Part shown: piece after piece, positions 16,593-27,093 of the stretch
Layout of the letters: every line of letters begins with the position of its first letter
How positions within the stretch are numbered: position 1 is the stretch's first letter
Assembly (NCBI GenBank): GCA_035637355.1
Contig: DASPXJ010000056.1
Span: forward strand, 2,517 to 66,516
Length of the DNA: 64,000 bases
Source: Gemmatimonadales bacterium
Lineage (GTDB): Bacteria; Gemmatimonadota; Gemmatimonadetes; Gemmatimonadales; GWC2-71-9
Direction of reading: 5' to 3'
Translations under genes and position numbers: made by a program
The notes under the pieces: generated by a model
What the model was told of the DNA's origin: nothing
Seen by the model: only the letters and a program-made list of their open reading frames with translations
The model's database searches: none

Positions 16593-18920
16593 AATCCAGT
16601 TGCGAATGGTGTTGATCGTCGTGTTACTCAAGCAGTTTGATGTGCAGCCGAACGGCATACGCACGCCTGATCCGCCCACCGTCGTTTGCGTCCCCTGAAT
16701 CTTGTGCACCAGATAGGAGGAATCGGGGAGGAATGGCCGGACGCGTTTTAACGCCGGGACTTCGCCGGCCGCCACGTTGACGATCAAACCGTAGGAGACA
16801 CCGGAGGCGAGGCTCATCCCTTCCGGCGCACCGGCCCCCGAGTGGCAGCCGATGCAGTTCGCAGTGAAAACCGATTGCACGCTCGCCGCGAAGCTGACCC
16901 CGGTGGCCGCTACCGCCACAATCCGCTCACCGAACACCGTCCCGATGGTCGCGCGCACCGTCTCGGAGCCGGTGGTGGCATTCGTCGTCACCGTCACCGT
17001 CTCCGACGTGCTCGCCGACAGGCTCGCATGCGTGCCAGGCATGACGGACCACGTAACGTCGCTGCGGGTGCGCGGATCGATGTGGTTCGTCGAGTCGCGT
17101 ACCACGGCGATGAAGGGCGCACTCTGGCTGATCGTCATTTCTACGTCGGGCGTCCCGAAATTGACCGGCAGGAGCGATACCGACGCGGCGACCTGATCGA
17201 CGGTAACCGAGTTGACGCCGACGACGCTCGTTGCCGCGGTGGCATTGATCGTGGTGCTGCCGTTTCCCGCCGCGGTGATCGTCGTCGTTTTTGCGGTCGC
17301 CGGGCTGAACGACACGACATTGGCCGTCCCGGCGCTCCAGTTACACGGATGATTCGGGATGGTATCGCTCGCCGAATCCCTCACCACGCAGGACGCCTGC
17401 ACCGAACGGCCGATCGCCGTCAACGTGCCGAACGAGTTCGGATTGAGATCGGCGAACCGGGGGACCTGCCGGACAACGATGGATCGGGAGGAGTCCGTGA
17501 TCCCTCCTGTGGCGGCGCGCACCTTCACCGTTATCCCCGTGGCGCTCGAGCGTTGCAGCGCGGTCGCCAGCCCGGCGGCGTCGATGTCGAGCACGGCGTT
17601 GTTCGTCGACCAGGTGATCGCTTGACCCGGGATTGCTGCACCCCCCGAATCGCGCGGCTCGGCCGCGAAGGTTTGCGTATCGCCGACGAAGTTCAATGGC
17701 GCCGGGCTCGCCGGCGTCACGTTGATTGACGCCAGCACCTGCCGCACGACGAGCGGAACCTTGTCGTGGATGCCGCGGGCCACGACGTCGACGCTATCGA
17801 TTCCCGTATTGCCATTTCCCGTTACCAGGCCGGTCGAGGAGCCAATCGTCGCTATGGCGCCGGGGCTGAAGAGCGACCAGGCGAAATCCTTTGGATTGGG
17901 CACGATGGTGTTGCCCGCATCGCGCACGATGAGGCCGAGCTGCAGCGAGCCATTGAGCTGGTTGATGCGGGCCGTATCGAGCGGTGTGGGAGTGGGGCCA
18001 GTCGTGGCGATTTGAACGGAGGTATAGATGAGATTCACGGACACATCCACCGAATCCCCAAACACGCCCGACGTTGCGACCACGCGAGTCTGCCCTTCGT
18101 CGACCGCCCTGATGAGCCTGGCCCCACTGACCCCGGTGGCAGTGACCGTCGCGACGGCCGTGTTGCGCGAGGCCCAGACGATCATCGAGTCATCGAGCTG
18201 ATTCCCGCGTGCATCGAGCACGACAGCGGAGATCGTGTCGCTGCCGTTGATGCGGTCGAAATTGAAGACGATCGGCGTGAGACCCAACGTCGTCGCGACC
18301 TGGTGCACGGTCGCCGTGACGGAATCGGAGACGCCGTCGCCGCTCGCCACGATGCGGGTCGAGCCGTTCTGGAGCGCGGAGATATCGGCCAGCTGCGAGT
18401 TCCCCACCCGCCCCTGCGCCGACACGATCGCCGGCGCGCGGGACACCCACGCGAACGCCACGCCCGCCACGGCCGCGTCGAGCGCATCGCGGGCCTCGGC
18501 GGTCAGTGTGGCACCATCGCCCAGCGAGGAGAATGTCCGGTTGCCCGGCGCGATCACAATTGAGCCGATGCGCGTCCGGATCGCATGCGCCGGGCTCGAC
18601 ACCGAGGTTGGGGTGCCGTTGAGGACCGCGAGCGCGGTGATGTTGGTGCTGCCGAGTCGCACGCCGGTGACGAGCCCCGAGCCCGAGACTCGGGCGCGCG
18701 TGGTATCGGATGAAGTCCACTCGAAGGTGACGCCGCTGACTGCCGCGTTCCCACTCAGCGCGACGGCGGTCAGTTGCCGAGTGCCCGCAAGCACGACGGT
18801 CGAATCGCCGTTGATGACCACCGATGTGATGGTCGGAGGACCACCGTCGCCGCCACCACCGCCGCAACCAACCACGACGCCGGCCAACCCGCCCACCAGG
18901 ATCAAACGGAAACGACGCAT
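16569..18920 (-). CDS. secreted protein with multiple Big_2 (Ig-like) repeats and a C-terminal CxxCH cytochrome module (PSCyt1-like)
   Basis: Signal/lipobox-like N-terminus (GVVVGCGGG). Repeated ...LTA.A.D..G..v......W.S....vA.Vs..G.v... units. C-terminal FTANCIGCHSG...SYLVHKIQG...MPFGC...IRNWILQGA. Confidence 0.7.
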   Translation of the reverse strand: MRRFRLILVGGLAGVVVGCGGGGGDGGPPTITSVVINGDSTVVLAGTRQLTAVALSGNAAVSGVTFEWTSSDTTRARVSGSGLVTGVRLGSTNITALAVLNGTPTSVSSPAHAIRTRIGSIVIAPGNRTFSSLGDGATLTAEARDALDAAVAGVAFAWVSRAPAIVSAQGRVGNSQLADISALQNGSTRIVASGDGVSDSVTATVHQVATTLGLTPIVFNFDRINGSDTISAVVLDARGNQLDDSMIVWASRNTAVATVTATGVSGARLIRAVDEGQTRVVATSGVFGDSVDVSVNLIYTSVQIATTGPTPTPLDTARINQLNGSLQLGLIVRDAGNTIVPNPKDFAWSLFSPGAIATIGSSTGLVTGNGNTGIDSVDVVARGIHDKVPLVVRQVLASINVTPASPAPLNFVGDTQTFAAEPRDSGGAAIPGQAITWSTNNAVLDIDAAGLATALQRSSATGITVKVRAATGGITDSSRSIVVRQVPRFADLNPNSFGTLTAIGRSVQASCVVRDSASDTIPNHPCNWSAGTANVVSFSPATAKTTTITAAGNGSTTINATAATSVVGVNSVTVDQVAASVSLLPVNFGTPDVEMTISQSAPFIAVVRDSTNHIDPRTRSDVTWSVMPGTHASLSASTSETVTVTTNATTGSETVRATIGTVFGERIVAVAATGVSFAASVQSVFTANCIGCHSGAGAPEGMSLASGVSYGLIVNVAAGEVPALKRVRPFLPDSSYLVHKIQGTQTTVGGSGVRMPFGCTSNCLSNTTINTIRNWILQGALNN

Positions 18921-18989
18921 GACGGCCCCCTAGGGAAGGATTCCCCTAGGATGAACCGCGGCCTGCTGCCTGTCTAGATGCGCGCTTGC

Positions 18990-20567
18990 TTACCGCTTGG
19001 CCGTTGCAGGAAAGTGCTGATCCTGCGCGGCGCGGGTGAGGCGGACCACGGTCCCGTCGTTCCTGCGGAAATAGATCTGCCCGTACACGCTACCACCCAG
19101 CTGGAACACGACGCCGTCGGAGCGCCAGAACGGCTCGTTCGCACTCATGAGCTCGGAGCTCACGCGCTTGGTGATCGGCGCGGCTGCCGTCGCCGGGGCA
19201 ACGACGACCGCTTTTTTGTTGTCGATGAACATGTCGAAGGCGAGCGAGTCGCCCGCGGGGTTCCAGTCCACGAGGTCGGGCTGTCCGCGCGCGGCCGAGC
19301 AATCGCCGGCGGCCACAATGGCATCGACGCCCGTGTCGCGGTTGCGCGTATGCACCTCGCCGCTACATCCCTGGATCGTGTAGGCGAGCGTGTGGCTGCC
19401 GGCGACAGGCTGCCATGCCACGCTGTTCACAGAGTTCGGCGTTCCAGGGATTGCTGTCTGCCCGCCTCCTGTCGCGTCCATGATGAAGATCTGGCCACCG
19501 CGCACGTAAATGATCGAGTCTCCCGCCGGTGACCAGTCGGGCGACTGATGGTCGGTAAACGGAACGGCGGTGAGCGGCGTGAGCGTCCCGCCGGCGTCGC
19601 GCCGGCAGATTTGAGAATAGGACGTGATGTAGTAGCATGCGACCAGCACGCTGCCGTCGGCCGCCGACACGCGCGGCCGCCACTTGGTGCCGTTGAACCA
19701 GTTCGACGTGCTATCGCCGGTAATGACGAACGCGGTGTCGCCGGCGGCGCGAATCGTCAAGCCGCTGACTCCTGGCGTCGCCCGTCCCGACCCCTCCGAT
19801 TGGTAATACAGCGAGTCGGGGAGCGTAGTCTGCGGTGCGCAGTGCTCCGCGATCGCCGCGCCCGTGCGCGATCCGCTGGTCGGCAGCTCAACGGCGCGTG
19901 AGAGCATGAACAGCGCATCGCGCGACGTCACGCGTCCGTCCGAGTCCACATCGCCGCGGGTCAGAGTAAAGCCGCCCGTGGGAAGTCCCACCGCGCCCGC
20001 CAACGCGATGAGGGCGTCGCGGCTGCCGACGCTCGCGTCACCGTCGATATCGCCCCAGACCGTGGTCCCGAGGCAGATCTCGGCCAGCGCCGCCTCCTCA
20101 TCGTAGGGCCGGGGCGTGGCGTCGCTTTGGCTGACGCTGATCGGATCGGCGTACAGCACGGCTCCGCTTGTGGAACCGGCTTCGAGCCGTAGCCGAAACC
20201 GCACTGCGTCTCCCCCATACGTGCCGGACGGCGCGCACCCCGCCGCCGAGAACTCGACGTAGTTCGCTCCCTGGATCGGCGGGTTCAGCGGGAATGTCGC
20301 CGAATCAGGGCAGGCGGAGGCGGCGCTGCCCGAGACGTAGCTGACGCGTGTCGGATCGAAGTGCACGCGAACCGTAAACGCCCCCAGGCCGGCACTCGCC
20401 TGATCGAACGCCATCAGCGTGACGTTGGTCTCACCGCCGGCGAGCGCCGCGTACACGCTGTCGCCCGAATCGTAGAAGAACTGGAAGCGAATTGCGGAGC
20501 CGGTCTGCGCCGCGACCGGTGCGACGACGCCGAGGCCCATGACGAGTGCGGTGAGCGTGCGCTTCAT
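18990..20567 (-). CDS. cohesin-like + dockerin-like + TolB/PD40-type beta-propeller protein
   Basis: Signal peptide ends AAQ. GAFTVRVHFDPTRVSYVSG is cohesin-like. GDIDGDASVGSRDALIAL...GDVDSDGRVTSRDALFML is a duplicated dockerin repeat. SPDWSPAGDSIIYV and VDWNPAGDSLAF are PD40-like. Confidence 0.7.
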   Translation of the reverse strand: MKRTLTALVMGLGVVAPVAAQTGSAIRFQFFYDSGDSVYAALAGGETNVTLMAFDQASAGLGAFTVRVHFDPTRVSYVSGSAASACPDSATFPLNPPIQGANYVEFSAAGCAPSGTYGGDAVRFRLRLEAGSTSGAVLYADPISVSQSDATPRPYDEEAALAEICLGTTVWGDIDGDASVGSRDALIALAGAVGLPTGGFTLTRGDVDSDGRVTSRDALFMLSRAVELPTSGSRTGAAIAEHCAPQTTLPDSLYYQSEGSGRATPGVSGLTIRAAGDTAFVITGDSTSNWFNGTKWRPRVSAADGSVLVACYYITSYSQICRRDAGGTLTPLTAVPFTDHQSPDWSPAGDSIIYVRGGQIFIMDATGGGQTAIPGTPNSVNSVAWQPVAGSHTLAYTIQGCSGEVHTRNRDTGVDAIVAAGDCSAARGQPDLVDWNPAGDSLAFDMFIDNKKAVVVAPATAAAPITKRVSSELMSANEPFWRSDGVVFQLGGSVYGQIYFRRNDGTVVRLTRAAQDQHFPATAKR

Positions 20568-23248
20568 CGCGCAGCCCTCCGCATCGCGTCAAGCCTGCTC
20601 CGGTACCAGCGGGCGCGCTCGGCCCGCACGCTCGCGAACCGCTCGATGGCGGCGCGCCCCGCCGCGCGGCGCTGCTCGACCGTAAGACGCGTCCCAGTGC
20701 GCTGGATCGCCGCCGTGACGGCGGAGGTCGTGACCTCCACTGTCGCTGCCGATGCGAGCACGACTTTCGGGGCGAGTGGCGGCACGGACGGGGCTGCGAG
20801 CAGCGGCGTCAGGTCGCCGGTGTGGCCGCTGACGGAATCCGCACCGGGCCCTCCGGGTGATACTCCGCCGTCCACGCCCCACCAGTTGCCGCTCGCGTCC
20901 ACCGAGTCGGACGGCGTGTAGATCGCGAAGAGCGCGTTCGCCTTGAAGGCATTGCCGTGCGCCTGATGATCGAAGCCCGTGGCGAACGGGATGTACAGGC
21001 CATAGCCGGCGTTGTTCTGGATGTTGTTGCCCGTCATGACGAGCCCGCCACCGTCGATCTGGATCGCCGCAGAGTCGGCGCCGGACACGGCATTCGAGTC
21101 GAGCAGCGCGGTCGTCCCGCCGAAGTTTTGAATACCGAGCCCCGTTCGGGTGTGAATGCGCCGCAGCGTGTTGCCGACCAGGCGCAGCGAGGCGTACACG
21201 CTGCCCACGGTGAATCCGCCCTGGCCGGAGAAGAAGTAGATAGTCGGCCCCGCGACATCCTCCACGAGGTTGCCTCGGGCGATCAGTGTATCGACTTCGC
21301 CGACATAGATGGCCCACACGGCGGCGTTCTGCACCACGTTCGAGTCGAGCCGCACGAGAGGGGGACGGCCGGAGTAGAAGTCGCCCGCCACCTTGATGCT
21401 TCCCGGCCCGTTTTGGCTCCCCCCCAGTACCGTGTTGTTCACGACCGCGCTGCGGAAGGACCCGTTCACGAGGATACCAGTCCCGTTCGCCGAGCCGGGC
21501 ATGTCGACGGTATTGCCACGCACCTCGAGCTGCGGTGCGATCCCAAATGCCGCCACCGTTGCGAAGATGCCGCTGTCGCATCCTGACAGCGTGTTTCCCG
21601 CGAGCTGATGATCGGCGGTTTCGGCGTCGATGCCGACGCCGTATGCGAGGGAATCGCACGTCACATCGTTCGTGAGAATGAACGACGAGTCGCCGGCGGC
21701 GCCGTACGAGAAGATTCCCACGGAGCGCGGGCGCTGGATCGTGTTGCCGGCGACGTACGCCGCGGCGTCCTCGAGGTCCAGGGCATAGTCAAAGTCCGCG
21801 AACGTGCTGCCCGTGACGCTGTCGACGCCGCCGCGGAACGTGGACACGCCACTCGAGCCGCGAGCGAAGTCCACGTTCTGCACGGTGGTGGCGACGTTAT
21901 CCGTCTGGATCGGGTAATCGACGTCGCGCATCGTGACGTTTGTGATGCGCAGGTTCGACGGCGGAGCACCGGCCGGCTGCTGCGCCCAGATCCCTGAGTC
22001 GGAGCTGTCGAACGCCACGTTCGCGACCTGGTTCGCGCCGGCGCCGTAGAAGCTCAGGGCGGTCGACGACAAGCCGCGGCCCAGAATCCGCACGCCGGCG
22101 CCCGCGCCGCGCACCGCGACGCTCCGGAAGAACACCGCCTCCTCGAGGTAGCGCCCCGGACGCAGCGACACGGTGTCGCCGTCCTGGACCGCGAGACTCG
22201 CCTCCTCCGCACTCGCGAACGGGTACTGCGAGTTGCCGAGGCGGATGGCGTTCACGACCGCGGCGGCATCGACGATGTGGGTCGACCGGCGCGCGAGGAC
22301 CGTGAGCGTGGCGACGGCGCTGTCACGCAGGCCGCTCTTGCCGATGATGGTCGCGGTGCCAGGAGCCACGGCAACAGCCTGGCCGTCCTGTAAAACGAGG
22401 ACGACCGAGGGATCAGTCGAGCGCCAAAAGACATCCGGCATCGCGCGGCTGGCCCCGCCGGCGGTGGCGCGGAGCTGGAGCGCGAAACTCTGGTTGACGG
22501 CGACGGTAGCGGTATCGGGCGCCACGGCGTACGTCACCACGGCATCGCTGCCGCACGCGCCTACGGCGATGCGCATCACGCGGAACGTGCTCACGTCGAT
22601 GCCGACGGCATGCGAAAGGATCACGAGCGCGTCGCGCGCTTCGATCGATGCACTGCCATCCACGTCCGCCAACCCGATCTCCGGGAACGCCGACACGTCG
22701 AGCCCCACTGCCGCCGACAACGCCAGCAGCGCATCGCGCGAGCCCGCGCTGCGATCACCATCCGGGTCGCCCCAGTAACCGCGCGCCGGGCAGTAGAGGC
22801 CGTTCTCGGGGGCGGCATCCGCCAGGGCATTCGCGAACGACGGACCGGCCGCGGCCAGCTCGCGTACGTCGACAAGAATGGTCGTGCTGGAGCTCTGCAG
22901 CGGCGCCAACCGCGCGACCCCCACCGTAACGCGTCCCGTTGCGCCGTTGGGATTCGCCCCAGCGATTTTGAGGACGCCTTGCAGCGCCGAATCGGCGTTG
23001 ACAGTGATCGCGCTGAATGCGCCGGGGCCGATGGCATCGAGACGCAACACTGCCGGATCCCAGCGGAGGTTGGTGGTAAACGACCCTAACCGATCGGCGC
23101 GGGCGGACCAATCGATTTCGATCGGCACGTCGAACGGCACGTTGGTGAAGGAGGACAGCCCGCCGCCGAGGCGGACCGGCACGGTCTGCGCCGAAAGGAG
23201 TCGGGTGCCGGCAGTGAGTGCAGCGAGGGTCAAGGCCACGCGCCTCAT
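20564..23248 (-). CDS. cohesin-like + dockerin-like + Big_2 + right-handed beta-helix (PbH1) protein
   Basis: Start trimmed to MRRVALTLAALTAGTRLLSAQ (ATG 23248, ATGA overlap with the upstream stop). GSFTTNLRWDPAVLRL is cohesin-like. GDPDGDRSAGSRDALLAL...ADVDGSASIEARDALVIL is dockerin-like. Long G/N/V-rich beta-helix region. Confidence 0.7.
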   Translation of the reverse strand: MRRVALTLAALTAGTRLLSAQTVPVRLGGGLSSFTNVPFDVPIEIDWSARADRLGSFTTNLRWDPAVLRLDAIGPGAFSAITVNADSALQGVLKIAGANPNGATGRVTVGVARLAPLQSSSTTILVDVRELAAAGPSFANALADAAPENGLYCPARGYWGDPDGDRSAGSRDALLALSAAVGLDVSAFPEIGLADVDGSASIEARDALVILSHAVGIDVSTFRVMRIAVGACGSDAVVTYAVAPDTATVAVNQSFALQLRATAGGASRAMPDVFWRSTDPSVVLVLQDGQAVAVAPGTATIIGKSGLRDSAVATLTVLARRSTHIVDAAAVVNAIRLGNSQYPFASAEEASLAVQDGDTVSLRPGRYLEEAVFFRSVAVRGAGAGVRILGRGLSSTALSFYGAGANQVANVAFDSSDSGIWAQQPAGAPPSNLRITNVTMRDVDYPIQTDNVATTVQNVDFARGSSGVSTFRGGVDSVTGSTFADFDYALDLEDAAAYVAGNTIQRPRSVGIFSYGAAGDSSFILTNDVTCDSLAYGVGIDAETADHQLAGNTLSGCDSGIFATVAAFGIAPQLEVRGNTVDMPGSANGTGILVNGSFRSAVVNNTVLGGSQNGPGSIKVAGDFYSGRPPLVRLDSNVVQNAAVWAIYVGEVDTLIARGNLVEDVAGPTIYFFSGQGGFTVGSVYASLRLVGNTLRRIHTRTGLGIQNFGGTTALLDSNAVSGADSAAIQIDGGGLVMTGNNIQNNAGYGLYIPFATGFDHQAHGNAFKANALFAIYTPSDSVDASGNWWGVDGGVSPGGPGADSVSGHTGDLTPLLAAPSVPPLAPKVVLASAATVEVTTSAVTAAIQRTGTRLTVEQRRAAGRAAIERFASVRAERARWYRSRLDAMRRAAR

Positions 23249-26200
23249 GGCCGGCCTCGGGAAAGGCGTGGCGGAGCGGGGACAGGTGCCGGTCCGTACG
23301 GAGCGGGGAGGACCGGATCGAAGATTACGTTGTCGCTCACCGCGTCGCCGAGCGAAGCAACATTGCACGCGGTGCACCCCGATGGCCCGAGCGGATCTTT
23401 CCACCAATTGTTGGCGGCATCGAGCGCGGGCACAGTCCCGTTCGTCACCGCGAAGAAGGTATTCAACACGAAGTTGTTGTTGACGATCATCGAGCCTTCG
23501 GCGCCGCTGAACACGCTGATGCCGGTGCCGTTCGCCTGGAACACGCTTTGCCGCACGGTGGCGGGAGACGACAGCTGCAGGCCGCGGCCGCTGTGCCCCA
23601 GCACGACCATGCTGTCAAACAGAATCGTTCCCGTCGACCCGAACACATTGGCGCCGGCGATCGCGTTTTGCTCGAGCCGGCCGCCGTACACGTTGGCCGC
23701 GCTCTGAATCCCGCTCAGGCTGAGCGCGAAGTCGCCGCACTCGCCGCCGCAGCTGTCGCGGAAGCCGCGGATCGTCACGCGCCGGATGTCGACGAGATTC
23801 GACCCGTCGACCCGGACGCCTGCGTCGACGCCAGCGGCGAGGGTGTCATCGCGGATCGCCACGTTGGCGACGTCGCTGACGAGCACGGCCGCGCTGGATT
23901 GCCGGTAGGGCACACTGTCCAGACGCGCGCGAAGCAGGGAGAAGTCGGTGAAGTGCGTCACCGTGATTCCGCCTTGCGTGCTCGCGAACTTCGTCCCATC
24001 CACGCTCACGGATCCGCTCGGCGCATTCAGATCGCCGGTCGCGCGAATCGCGTAGTCCCCCCCCTGGATGAGGCCGCCTTGCAGGGCGAGCGTAGGACCG
24101 GCGCGCACCGTCATGTCGGCATCGATGCCGCCATACGTATTGGAATCCAGCACAAAGCGATCGAGCTGCGCGCTCTGGATCCCCGCGAGCGCCAGACCGG
24201 GCGCCTGCGTCGTCTGGTAGAGAACTTTCGCGGGCGGACCCTCGCTGGAGAACGCCCCGCTTGGTTGGACCTCGCATCCGAACTCGCAGAGTCCCGAGCT
24301 CAGGCCCAGGTTCCGGGCGATGGTCGTGCCGTCTCCCTGCACCACGCGCGTCGAATCGACGAGGACGCCGCCGCCCAGATTGTCGATCACCCCGGTCGAG
24401 TCGAGTCGCACGGAATCGGCGCGCAGGACCGTGAGCGCGAAAATCGATGCGCCAAAGCGCTTGAACGACGGCTGAGCCGACCCGGTGACGCTCAGCTTGA
24501 CGATCGAGACGGTTGCGACTGAATCCGTCAGGACCGCCTGGTCCAGGATATCGCGGAGCGTATCGGCCCGCAGCGAGAGCCGGTTCGTCGCACCGGCGAC
24601 GACCCCCCCGCCGTTGAGGATGTGCTCCACGCTCGTCGAGTCCACCGTGACCCGGTCTATGCCTGTGAAGGTGAACCCGTCTCCGAAAGCGACCGAGTCG
24701 ACCTGCGACCTCGATACTCGCACCAATGATCCTGGTGTCCGGGCCGCGGGATTGCGTTGGCGAATGCGGACGCCATCGCTCGACCGCCGCAACACGACAT
24801 TGGCCATCAGCGCCGTGTCAGCGCTGATCACGATGCCGTCGCGCAGGTCCCTCGCCACGCCGTTGCTGAACGAGACATACCGCGCGCTGTCCACCTTGAT
24901 CGGACCGGCGGCTGCCAGGTTGAATTGGGACAGGTCCACGCGCTCGACGAACGACGCGCCGAGCGAAACCGCCCGCTCGGACGACGCGCCGACCACCGTG
25001 ACTCGGCTCGCCCGCAGCGAATCGCCGACGACCATCGCGACACCGATCGCGACGGGGCCTTCGACGTCCGGGTAAGGGCCGGGGGCTACGGCGCGGAAAT
25101 CCGCACCGTCTACGACCACGGCGGCGGTCGTCTCGGCGAGGAAGCCCGCGAGCGCGAGTCCGCTCCCGCTCACTCCCAGCAGGACGGCGCGGCGCATATT
25201 GCGAACCCGGAACCCCGGCCCGCGCATCGAGCTCGCGACGACCGACTGGACCTCCAGAGAATCGCTGGCCGCCACGATGCCCGCTTCGATGCCGGCGTTC
25301 GATTCGAGCAGCCGGAACCGCCGGATCACGACCAGGCCGGCTGAGCCGACCGCGATCGCCGATCCCGCGGCGTTCGTGATCGTCGGCATTCCGGCGGCGC
25401 TCGAGTCTCCCAACAGCACCACGGGCTTGCTGATGATGGCCGGGCCGTACGGGGGCGAGCTGCCCACGCGCACCGTGTCGCGGGGCGCGGCGGCGTCCAG
25501 CCCTTCCTGGATCGTCGGGAAGGGATACGCAGCCGAGCCGAGGTGCACTGGATTCGTGGCCGCGATGCTTTGCTCGACGTACCAAGTGTGACGCGGCTGG
25601 ACCGTGACATCGAGCGTTTGACTGAGGCCGATCGCCTGGGCCGTGATCGTGGCAGAGCCATTTCCGACGGCGGTCACGCGTCCAGCCGAATCGACCGCAG
25701 CGACGCCTGGCGCGTTGGAGCTCCAGAGGAGGCCGCTCGCCGACGTCGGGTTGCCCCCGGCGTCGCGCGCCTGAGCCGCGACCGGCAAGACGTCCCCGGG
25801 CGCGAGCTGGGCACTCGCCGGCGCGAGCACGAGCGTCGCCGCCGCTGCGCCGGCACAGGACGCGTTGGGCTGGCCCACGCGGGCGAAGCTCGGCAGTCCG
25901 ACCGCCGCCGACAGGATTCCGAGCGCGTCGCGCGTGTCCGCATCGCCGTCGGCGTCGACGTCGCCGTTGACCAGGGTGAACGGCGCAATCGGCAGCCCCA
26001 CCGCCGCCGTCACCACCAGCAGCGCGTCGTTCGAGAGGATGCTGCCGTCGCGATTCACGTCGCCGAACGGGCCGCTCGACGCGCAGATCGCGCCCGCGGT
26101 CGGCGTCGCAGCGATGGACGCGAAGCTCACGGCAGCCGTGAGCACCGGCGAGACGACCGTCACCGGGGAGGAGCCGGTGGCGGTGCGCATCTCGAAGGTG

Positions 26201-26541
26201 AGCTCGGCGATCGAGAAGAGTCCGGTGGCGCCCGACGGATTCGCCGCGGCGAGAATGAGCGAGCCGGACGCGGCGCCGACCGCGTTGACGGCCGGACTGC
26301 CGAACGCGCCCGGCGCGGCACTGATGTACCGCACCACGTTCGTGTCCCACGTGACCTCGAGCTGATACGACCCGACGGTCGCGCCGCCGGCGCTAATCAC
26401 GAGAGGCACTGTCGCGCGCCGGCCGCTGTCGATCGCGATGCCCGCCGGATACATCCCGACGAGCGCCTGCGCCTGGAGCGCTGCGGGAGCAGCCACCAGG
26501 GCCAGGAGCGACAGAAGGCCAGAGACTCGGCGCACGGTCAT
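23245..26541 (-). CDS. cohesin-like + dockerin-like + Big_2 + right-handed beta-helix (PbH1) protein
   Basis: 1098 aa with signal peptide ...ALQAQ. GSYQLEVTWDTNVVRYIS is cohesin-like. GDVNRDGSILSNDALLVV...GDVDADGDADTRDALGIL is dockerin-like. A Big_2 unit is followed by about 700 aa of beta-helix-like repeats. Confidence 0.7.
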   Translation of the reverse strand: MTVRRVSGLLSLLALVAAPAALQAQALVGMYPAGIAIDSGRRATVPLVISAGGATVGSYQLEVTWDTNVVRYISAAPGAFGSPAVNAVGAASGSLILAAANPSGATGLFSIAELTFEMRTATGSSPVTVVSPVLTAAVSFASIAATPTAGAICASSGPFGDVNRDGSILSNDALLVVTAAVGLPIAPFTLVNGDVDADGDADTRDALGILSAAVGLPSFARVGQPNASCAGAAAATLVLAPASAQLAPGDVLPVAAQARDAGGNPTSASGLLWSSNAPGVAAVDSAGRVTAVGNGSATITAQAIGLSQTLDVTVQPRHTWYVEQSIAATNPVHLGSAAYPFPTIQEGLDAAAPRDTVRVGSSPPYGPAIISKPVVLLGDSSAAGMPTITNAAGSAIAVGSAGLVVIRRFRLLESNAGIEAGIVAASDSLEVQSVVASSMRGPGFRVRNMRRAVLLGVSGSGLALAGFLAETTAAVVVDGADFRAVAPGPYPDVEGPVAIGVAMVVGDSLRASRVTVVGASSERAVSLGASFVERVDLSQFNLAAAGPIKVDSARYVSFSNGVARDLRDGIVISADTALMANVVLRRSSDGVRIRQRNPAARTPGSLVRVSRSQVDSVAFGDGFTFTGIDRVTVDSTSVEHILNGGGVVAGATNRLSLRADTLRDILDQAVLTDSVATVSIVKLSVTGSAQPSFKRFGASIFALTVLRADSVRLDSTGVIDNLGGGVLVDSTRVVQGDGTTIARNLGLSSGLCEFGCEVQPSGAFSSEGPPAKVLYQTTQAPGLALAGIQSAQLDRFVLDSNTYGGIDADMTVRAGPTLALQGGLIQGGDYAIRATGDLNAPSGSVSVDGTKFASTQGGITVTHFTDFSLLRARLDSVPYRQSSAAVLVSDVANVAIRDDTLAAGVDAGVRVDGSNLVDIRRVTIRGFRDSCGGECGDFALSLSGIQSAANVYGGRLEQNAIAGANVFGSTGTILFDSMVVLGHSGRGLQLSSPATVRQSVFQANGTGISVFSGAEGSMIVNNNFVLNTFFAVTNGTVPALDAANNWWKDPLGPSGCTACNVASLGDAVSDNVIFDPVLPAPYGPAPVPAPPRLSRGRP

Positions 26542-26545
26542 TCCG

Positions 26546-27064
26546 TCAGGGCTTTACTTGGTCGGCAGCCAACACCGTGCGCTGCACCTGCAGGCGCGGC
26601 GACAGATTCGCGAGCGAGCGCGCCGCCGACAGCTCTTCCATCTGGAGCGACAGGTCGCGCGACCAGCTCGCCGCCTTCACGGTGAACGTGGCGCTGTAGA
26701 GCGTCAGATCGGCAAACCCGGTCGCGTTGGCGCCGGCGAAGCGAATCTCGCCCGCCCCCGCCCCGTTCGGGTTCGCGACCCGCAGCCCGTCGTTGATCGT
26801 GACCTCGGCCTTGTACTGCAGCGCCGCCGGGTCGAAGTGCAGCCGGCCCGTGTAGCTGCCGACTTTCAGATTCGCGTCGGCGGAGCGCACGATGACGCTC
26901 ACCTTCACGCTTTGACCGGCCAGCGCGTGGAGATTGTCGACGATGACGTAGGCATTGACGCCCTGCTCCGGCGGTGGCGGCAGGGGATCGGGCCGGGTCG
27001 GCTCGTCGGCGCATGCGGCGCCGACAAGCACGACGGCCATGGCGATGGTACGAAGTGGCAACAT
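26546..27064 (-). CDS. small cohesin-like lipoprotein (possible anchor/scaffold)
   Basis: 172 aa. N-terminal VVLVGAAC lipobox-like sequence. GSYTGRLHFDPAALQYKAEV is a cohesin-like core. No other domain. Confidence 0.6.
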   Translation of the reverse strand: MLPLRTIAMAVVLVGAACADEPTRPDPLPPPPEQGVNAYVIVDNLHALAGQSVKVSVIVRSADANLKVGSYTGRLHFDPAALQYKAEVTINDGLRVANPNGAGAGEIRFAGANATGFADLTLYSATFTVKAASWSRDLSLQMEELSAARSLANLSPRLQVQRTVLAADQVKP

Positions 27065-27093
27065 GATCCTAGTCCTCCCTCGGCAGTGCCGAG

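Noticed and set aside
23218-26350. Large ORFs on the opposite strand or in alternative frames of the beta-helix genes (for example 23218..24522 +, 24818..26350 -, 25543..26685 +)
   Set aside because: These are typical high-GC shadow ORFs. Their translations are dominated by Arg/Gly/Pro/Asp/His with no motifs, and they fully overlap genes with clear signal peptides and domain architecture.
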